From positions 329 through 64,328 of the forward strand of contig REEO01000025.1 of NCBI GenBank assembly GCA_007695035.1: a DNA stretch of 64,000 bases, given 5' to 3'. Positions within the stretch are counted from its first letter, which is position 1, and each line of letters starts with the position of its first letter. The position numbers were made by a program, and so were the translations under genes. Source of the DNA: Saprospirales bacterium (GTDB lineage: Bacteria; Bacteroidota; Bacteroidia; Chitinophagales; Saprospiraceae). Below the pieces are notes generated by a model. The model saw nothing but the letters and a program-made list of their open reading frames with translations, ran no database searches and was not told the origin of the DNA. Shown here one piece after another: positions 59,076-64,000 of this stretch.

Positions 59076-59663
59076 TTATGTAGGGCAAGGAAAAGGATCG
59101 CTAAAAGAAACACTCGGTCCAAAATTTATCCAAAATCGATATCTATTTTCGCATAAGGTCATATGCACGCATTCTCCATCTGAAACGCCACCCACTAAAC
59201 TAGTTTCACAATCATCTCCCCAAAATGGCCTTCCAAATAATTCCTGCAAATCACCTGCGTCCGCATTGACCATGTTTTCTATATCCTCCTGAGAGTAGGA
59301 TTCCAACAATAGGTCTTCGTAGTGAGCGGTTTGAACAATAGTACTTTCCAATTGGACAACATCTATCAGGCCGGAACTATCCAGTATTTCAAAAGCGGAT
59401 GAACTGGATATAGTATCGAAAGTTTCTAACAATAATGCCAACTCTCCCTCAGAGGCCTCATTGCCACTGTAAAACATATCTGCCAGATGGATTAGGTACA
59501 ACCTAAACGAGTCAACAGGGGACGATGATCTGTACTCTGACTCTGAGGTCTGATACTCAATTGGGTCAATCTGATCATTCAGTTGAATTGAATCCTTTTC
59601 ACAAGAAACAAATAAAACGCCCATAAGCAAACAAACGATGGGGAATAATAATATTTTTTTCAT
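59076..59663 (-). CDS. hypothetical lipoprotein with an acidic N-half and a Cys-rich C-terminus
   Basis: It has a signal peptide with a lipobox-like FVSC. Five Cys residues fall in the last ~50 aa. It ends 13 nt upstream of the next gene. Confidence 0.55.
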   Translation of the reverse strand: MKKILLFPIVCLLMGVLFVSCEKDSIQLNDQIDPIEYQTSESEYRSSSPVDSFRLYLIHLADMFYSGNEASEGELALLLETFDTISSSSAFEILDSSGLIDVVQLESTIVQTAHYEDLLLESYSQEDIENMVNADAGDLQELFGRPFWGDDCETSLVGGVSDGECVHMTLCENRYRFWINFGPSVSFSDPFPCPT

Positions 59664-60241
59664 GATTTTAAAAATTTAAATGTTTAGAAATAAAATGAGG
59701 TAGCCCTGCACCTAAAAGGGAAACCTTTTAGGGTGTGCCAAATCTTGATGCGACCTGTTAAGATTCGCAGTTAAAGCAAGGTTTTAAATGTCTAAGCCCG
59801 GAGGGACTGATGTGCCGGCAAAATGCCTGTTGTACCTGGATTTTAGGTGAGAGTCAATTCCAAATATGGGAAAGCAGTTTAAATGGTGCACCTTCCACGA
59901 ATGGTTAATATCACCCCTTGAAAACCAGGGCCCGGGGTAGTTGAATAAGTGCCTGGAGCACAAACTTTGGAAACTGTTTTAAAAACCCCCTCACCCAAAA
60001 CATTCTGGAGGGACAAAAGAATGACCATCCATGTGTTTCATTGAGGGAGACTGCTCTTTTACTATGTAGCAAATGGGCGCTCATAATTGGTTATTGGGTT
60101 TGTTATTGCGCTCAATGTAGAGCGAATTGTTTAGAAATTTCTTACCGGTCCGGGGTATTTTTTACATATACTTAGATATATATATAGAAAACCAAATAGT
60201 TATGAATTGATTTTTTGGAAAAATATTTTTCAGTCAATCCT

Positions 60242-60345
60242 TATACCCTTTCGGGTTTGAAATATCAAATTCTTGCAACATTATACCCGATAGGGTGCAA
60301 TATCAATAAAATTACTATCTTTGTACCCGAACGGGCTAAATATTT
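60242..60345. promoter_or_regulatory. three phased palindromic boxes (T[AG]TACCC-N4-GGG[TC]...AATAT), probable operators
   Basis: The boxes start at 60242, 60282 and 60322, exactly 40 bp apart. The last one overlaps a TATCTTTG -7 box (60316-60323) and ends 7 nt before the ATG. Confidence 0.6.
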
Positions 60346-60351
60346 CGAACT

Positions 60352-60603
60352 ATGCATTCAACAAATCCGGGATATCCCCCACTTTCTGTAAGCAGTTTTG
60401 TAAAGAAAAAGCGGAAGGAATTTGGTTTAACCCAAAGGGATCTGGCAGATAAGGCCGGAGTGGGGCTGAGATTTGTTCGCGAACTGGAGCGGGACAAGCC
60501 CTCGCTGCAAATGAATAAAGTCAACCAGGTGTTGATGCTCTTCGGACGTGAACTCGGCCCGGTGCCACTGGACCGCAAAAAACTGATCAATGAGGAGGGC
60601 TAG
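60352..60603 (+). CDS. XRE-family HTH regulator, HipB / y4mF-type antitoxin-like
   Basis: 83 aa. The segment LTQRDLADKAGVGLRFVRELERDKPSLQMNKVNQVLMLFG matches the HipA-coupled y4mF-type pattern. Confidence 0.75.
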   Translation: MHSTNPGYPPLSVSSFVKKKRKEFGLTQRDLADKAGVGLRFVRELERDKPSLQMNKVNQVLMLFGRELGPVPLDRKKLINEEG

Positions 60604-60672
60604 TGTATGTAGGAATGATGGCCGGTGTCAATTTAGGCGTATACTTTTCTCAAACCCATTAAAAACAGTTCT

Positions 60673-60975
60673 ATGAGCAGAAGAAAATTTGTACTCAGTT
60701 TTGAATTTGTCTGGTTGATGTTTTGGGCCAGCGTCTTTCTAATGTTGTTGTCGGGACTGGGAAAGGCCTTTGTTTGGGAAACGTCCGATATTTTTCTCAT
60801 CCTGGCCCCTGTGTTTTTCTTCCCGGTATGGGTCATATTGCTGCACGAGATCGCAGTGATGAGATCCAATAACCGCATTTTTTGGCTGGTTGTGATGCTC
60901 ATTACTCCACCTTTGGCCGCCCTGGCCTATCTGCTGCAACGGGAGCGTTTAATTCGATTGCCGTTTTTGAAGTGA
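60673..60975 (+). CDS. small membrane protein with a PLD-nuclease-N-terminal (PLDc_N)-like motif
   Basis: 100 aa with 3 hydrophobic helices. The C-terminal segment is WLVVMLITPPLAALAYL. Confidence 0.5.
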   Translation: MSRRKFVLSFEFVWLMFWASVFLMLLSGLGKAFVWETSDIFLILAPVFFFPVWVILLHEIAVMRSNNRIFWLVVMLITPPLAALAYLLQRERLIRLPFLK

Positions 60976-60995
60976 ATTAGATAAATCAATAGCAT

Positions 60996-61412
60996 ATGGC
61001 ATAACTAAAGACAAAGCAAAATGAAGAGAGTGTGCTGGATTTTTTGAATTCAGTAGAAGATGAGCAAAGAAGAGAGGATTGAAGGGAACTGTTGAAGCTA
61101 TTCACTGAAGTGACCGGTGAAACTCCTAAAATGTGTGGCAATAGCATTTTCGGTTTGGGAAGTTATCACTACAAATACAACATCGGACGTGAGGGCGACT
61201 GGTTCCTCACCGGTTTTTCACCGAGAAAGCAAAACCTTACAATCTATATAATAGCGGGGTTTAGTGAATATGGTGATATTGTGGAAAACCTCGGCAAGTT
61301 TAAAACAAGTTCATCCTGCCTGTATGTAAAAAAGCTGTCGGACATTGATGCCGACAAGCTAAAAACGCTGGTTAAAAAATCTGTAGGTGATATTAAGAAG
61401 CGGTATGGATAG
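60996..61412 (+). pseudogene. DUF1801 (YdhG-like) gene interrupted by two in-frame stop codons
   Basis: A single frame reads MA*LKTKQNEESVLDFLNSVEDEQRRED*RELLKLFTEVTGETPKMCG...YHYKY..GREGDW. The stops are TAA 61002-61004 and TGA 61080-61082. Confidence 0.7.
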
Positions 61413-61419
61413 AAGCGCA

Positions 61420-61604
61420 TTAATTATTTTAGCCTGACTCTGATAAGGGGTTATTAGAGCCTTTTCATTGTAAGCAAGCAGCTTGCACTCCTCCCAGCGA
61501 ATGACTTTATGCGGATCGATGGTTTTAGCTACACCCAGATGCCGTAATTTTCGCAAACTGTTTACTTTCAGCAAACCAAACACTTCCCTACGAATCTCTA
61601 CTAA
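61420..61604 (-). mobile_element. remnant of the C-terminus of an IS5/IS1182-like DDE transposase
   Basis: The minus-strand frame reads LVEIRREVFGLLKVNSLRKLRHLGVAKTIDPHKVIRWEECKLLAYNEKAL. This fits the family tail pattern VE..FG.LK.....R.RG..K.......L.AYN. A stop codon lies immediately upstream and no catalytic domain is present. Confidence 0.45.
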
Positions 61605-61789
61605 TTACCGTGCACCATCTTAGGTTCCTCAGGGAGACCCGCCCCGGGAATTGCCCGCTTCTATTTATTGGTTGTTAGTGGAGTAAAATCCATACCTTTG
61701 AACCTGCAATCCTTCCCGCCCAGGTGGTGGTGAATTGTCCGTGTTTTGATTTAAATGACTCGGTGATTTTTTTGTCAATAGCTGCTGAA

Positions 61790-62707
61790 ATGATCAAACT
61801 GGTGCAGAGGAGTAATCTGAATTTGGAGGCATACAATCGGGTGGTGACCGGGTGCTCCTCGGGACTACCGTATGCCGAGTCCTGGTTTTTAGATGCACTG
61901 GTAGGTGGAAACTGGAAGGTTTTGGTAAGTGGGGATTTCGAAGCGGTAATGCCTGTTCCTGTCAAGCGCTCCGCCAGACATTTTTTTAAAAGGATAATCG
62001 CCCAGCCCATCATGTGTCAACAGTTGGGTGTATATGGTTTCAGTGAAGCTCCCCACACCGGGTTTTCGGATCTCTATCAGCAATTGTACAATATGAGACC
62101 CTTTGGGTATTCATTCAATTTTCATGAAGAACCACCGGAGGCTCCCCCTGGATTGAATTTGGTAAAAATGCCCAATTATGTGATTCCCCTGAATAAACCT
62201 CATATGGAATTGTACGATGGTTACTCCACCAATCTCCGGCGGAATTTGCGGAAAGCACAAAAGGCCGGCCTGAGGTTTGTGTTTAGCAGGGATGAGAAGC
62301 TAGCAGGGGATTTGATTCGGTTAAAAAATGGTGCAGGGCGACCCGTGGGACAGTGGTTTAAATTGGGAAGTCGGAAACCTGTAAAATATGGTAAACCGGC
62401 CCTGCGGTTGATGGAGGCTGCCATAGAGAGGGAAAAAGGATTTTTTGCTAAAGTGTTCCTGGACCGTGAACTCTTGAGTATTGCATTTTTTGTAAAAACC
62501 AGTACGCGCCTGGTCTATTTGATTGCAGCCACCCAACCCGGGGGTAAAGCTTTGGGGGCCGGTCATTTTTTGGTTGATGGGGTAATAAAAAAGTATGCGG
62601 GAAGAAGGGTAGTATTGGATTTTGAAGGGTCGAAAGTGCCTGGAATAGCGAGGTTTTTTAAAATGTTTGGCTCTGTTGAACAGCCGTACCATCACCTGTA
62701 CCAATGA
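61790..62707 (+). CDS. GNAT / FemAB-like acyltransferase-fold protein
   Basis: About 305 aa from ATG 61790. The size and C-terminal pattern (LIAATQPGGKALGAGHFLVD) resemble the BioF2-like/FemAB GNAT family. The stop overlaps the next start (ATGA). Confidence 0.5.
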   Translation: MIKLVQRSNLNLEAYNRVVTGCSSGLPYAESWFLDALVGGNWKVLVSGDFEAVMPVPVKRSARHFFKRIIAQPIMCQQLGVYGFSEAPHTGFSDLYQQLYNMRPFGYSFNFHEEPPEAPPGLNLVKMPNYVIPLNKPHMELYDGYSTNLRRNLRKAQKAGLRFVFSRDEKLAGDLIRLKNGAGRPVGQWFKLGSRKPVKYGKPALRLMEAAIEREKGFFAKVFLDRELLSIAFFVKTSTRLVYLIAATQPGGKALGAGHFLVDGVIKKYAGRRVVLDFEGSKVPGIARFFKMFGSVEQPYHHLYQ

Positions 62708-63654
62708 ATAAACTCCTTGACATGTTGATTGACCTGAGCAAACGGCCTTTGTTTATTCCCTTTTATCACGCTGTCAGCGATACAGTCGCCCCCCACTACA
62801 AGAATCTTTACCAGCCCAGAGGGGAGGTTGAGTTTGAAAGAGACCTGGATTGTTTTCTGCGCCATTTTGAACCCCTTTCACTGGACGATTTTGCGCGGGT
62901 AAAAAACAATCCGGGAAAAGGGCGTTACTGCCTGATCACATTTGACGATGGATTGTCGGAGGTTTACGAGTATGCATTCCCGGTTCTTCAGCGCAAAAAA
63001 GTGCCGGCAGTCGTTTTTCTCAATCCCCGCTTTGTGGACAATCGCGGACTTTTTTACCGGTACAAAGTCAGTATTCTCATTGAGGAATTGAGAGCCCGTT
63101 CATTTGAAGGGTATTCCGATTGGATGCAGGAGACGGGAGGTGATTTTGAAACAGCAGAAAAAAATTTGTTGTCGCTGGGATACGGCCAAACAGGAAAAAT
63201 AGACCACATTGCCCAATTGATGGGTGTGAGTTTCGCCAATTACCTCCAGTCTGAACAACCCTATTTGACCATGCCCCGGGTCAGGGAAATGAAGGGCGCA
63301 GGCATTCAATTCGGAGGACATTCGATGGACCATCCTTTTTTCGCGGACCTCGGGCTCAAAGCGCAGCTCCAACAGGCCAATGAAAGCATGGACTGGGTCT
63401 GTGAAAAGGTCGGTGAGACGATACGGGCATTTGCCTTTCCCTTTTCCGATGAAGGGGTAAAAAAAACCTTTTTTGAACAGCTTAATGCAGATTTTACCTT
63501 TGGCACTGCCAAAATTAAGGTGGACGATGCGAAAAATCACTACCAGCGACTTTCCATGGAGGTCGATAATAAAAGCGCCGGGCAAATTTTACTCCGTGAA
63601 TTCACAAACTACCAACTGAAACGACTATTCGGCAGACATCGGATCAAGAGGTAA
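62704..63654 (+). CDS. polysaccharide deacetylase (NodB homology) family protein
   Basis: It has ITFDDGLSEVYEYAFPVL and GGHSMDHP motifs. Confidence 0.8.
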   Translation: MNKLLDMLIDLSKRPLFIPFYHAVSDTVAPHYKNLYQPRGEVEFERDLDCFLRHFEPLSLDDFARVKNNPGKGRYCLITFDDGLSEVYEYAFPVLQRKKVPAVVFLNPRFVDNRGLFYRYKVSILIEELRARSFEGYSDWMQETGGDFETAEKNLLSLGYGQTGKIDHIAQLMGVSFANYLQSEQPYLTMPRVREMKGAGIQFGGHSMDHPFFADLGLKAQLQQANESMDWVCEKVGETIRAFAFPFSDEGVKKTFFEQLNADFTFGTAKIKVDDAKNHYQRLSMEVDNKSAGQILLREFTNYQLKRLFGRHRIKR

Positions 63655-63702
63655 TTAGGATTTCGATGGGGTCATGCCCCGGGTTGAGAACTTCAAAATC
63701 CA

Positions 63703-64000
63703 TTAATTTCCCTCCGCGAGAGGCAATACCTTGTTGTAAAACCTATTGATCTGACTTTCCTCAATACTGGCATGCGACATGGAATTGACGGCCTCCCCAT
63801 TTACGAGGCAGATTAACTGAGGTGACTGGTGGGGAACGCCTGACTTACTGCTGATGGTATTTGAAAGCGGCCGATGGGCGATAAGGTCCAGAAAAAATAC
63901 CAATACCTTTTTTTCTCTGTTCGAGTACCAGTTGATTAGTTCGTCCAAAGCCTGGTGGCTAATACCGCAGCGGGTACTGTGTTTAAAAAGGAACACGGGG
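63703..64000 (-). CDS. ytxJ: bacillithiol-system thioredoxin-like protein YtxJ (5' end outside the window)
   Basis: It has the FKHSTRCGIS monothiol motif and a typical ~110-aa family size. The ORF runs off the window edge. Confidence 0.7.
   Translation of the reverse strand, partial: PVFLFKHSTRCGISHQALDELINWYSNREKKVLVFFLDLIAHRPLSNTISSKSGVPHQSPQLICLVNGEAVNSMSHASIEESQINRFYNKVLPLAEGN

Noticed and set aside
60615-60662. 15-codon ORF after the HipB-like gene as a HipA N-terminal remnant.
   Set aside because: It is too short to show any HipA similarity. I can only say that no toxin-sized ORF follows.
61080-61082. In-frame TGA in the DUF1801 gene as possible selenocysteine or recoding.
   Set aside because: A second in-frame stop in the same gene is TAA (61002). 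No SECIS-like hairpin is evident, and the neighbourhood shows other decay. Simple nonsense mutation is more likely.

Overview
This is a chromosomal segment from a member of the Bacteroidota. The phylum call rests on several Por/T9SS C-terminal sorting domains, TAnnTTTG '-7' promoter boxes 20-60 nt upstream of several genes, weak or absent Shine-Dalgarno sites, and gene content. I call about 55 protein-coding genes, three tRNAs (Ser-TGA, Leu-TAA, Gly-GCC), a few hairpin terminators and some promoter or operator candidates.

Most of the window is housekeeping:
- Translation and RNA modification: prmA, mnmA, rimM, rplU-rpmA.
- Nucleotide and cofactor metabolism: folD, class II RNR nrdJ, a nupC-like transporter with udk.
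- Respiration and redox: ccmE-ccmF, ferredoxin, ytxJ.
- Other: ftsE, galE, ALDH7-type dehydrogenase, an Fe-S (6-4) photolyase-like protein.

Envelope and secreted functions are also well represented:
- An M16 peptidase pair.
- LemA plus a giant DUF2207 protein.
- An operon of MarR/GbsR regulator, LolA-like protein, two FtsX permeases, an ABC ATPase and a beta-barrel protein.
- A patatin-Omp85 (type Vd-like) protein.
- An OmpA/TSP3 protein.
- A 933-aa T9SS-secreted agmatine-deiminase/PPAD-family protein.

I saw no CRISPR array, no intact mobile element, no prophage and no recognisable complete defence system. I cannot claim a clearly novel multi-gene system from sequence alone.

The items most worth follow-up are:
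1. Ribosomal protein L27 fused to a ~135-aa linker plus helix-hairpin-helix module.
2. The uncharacterised regulator/LolA-like/FtsX2/ATPase/barrel operon, which has a perfect 14-bp palindrome over its promoter.
3. An orphan HipB-type (y4mF-like) regulator preceded by three palindromic boxes phased exactly 40 bp apart, with no toxin gene.
4. A decayed accessory patch at 56.7-61.7 kb containing a gene with two in-frame stops, a transposase stub and ORF-poor DNA.
5. An ~840-bp ORF-free spacer (12762-13604) that is not AT-rich and carries several stem-loops.
6. A Cys-variant (CxxxY) CcmE beside a very long CcmF.

All family assignments come from reading motifs in the translated ORFs. No database search was run.
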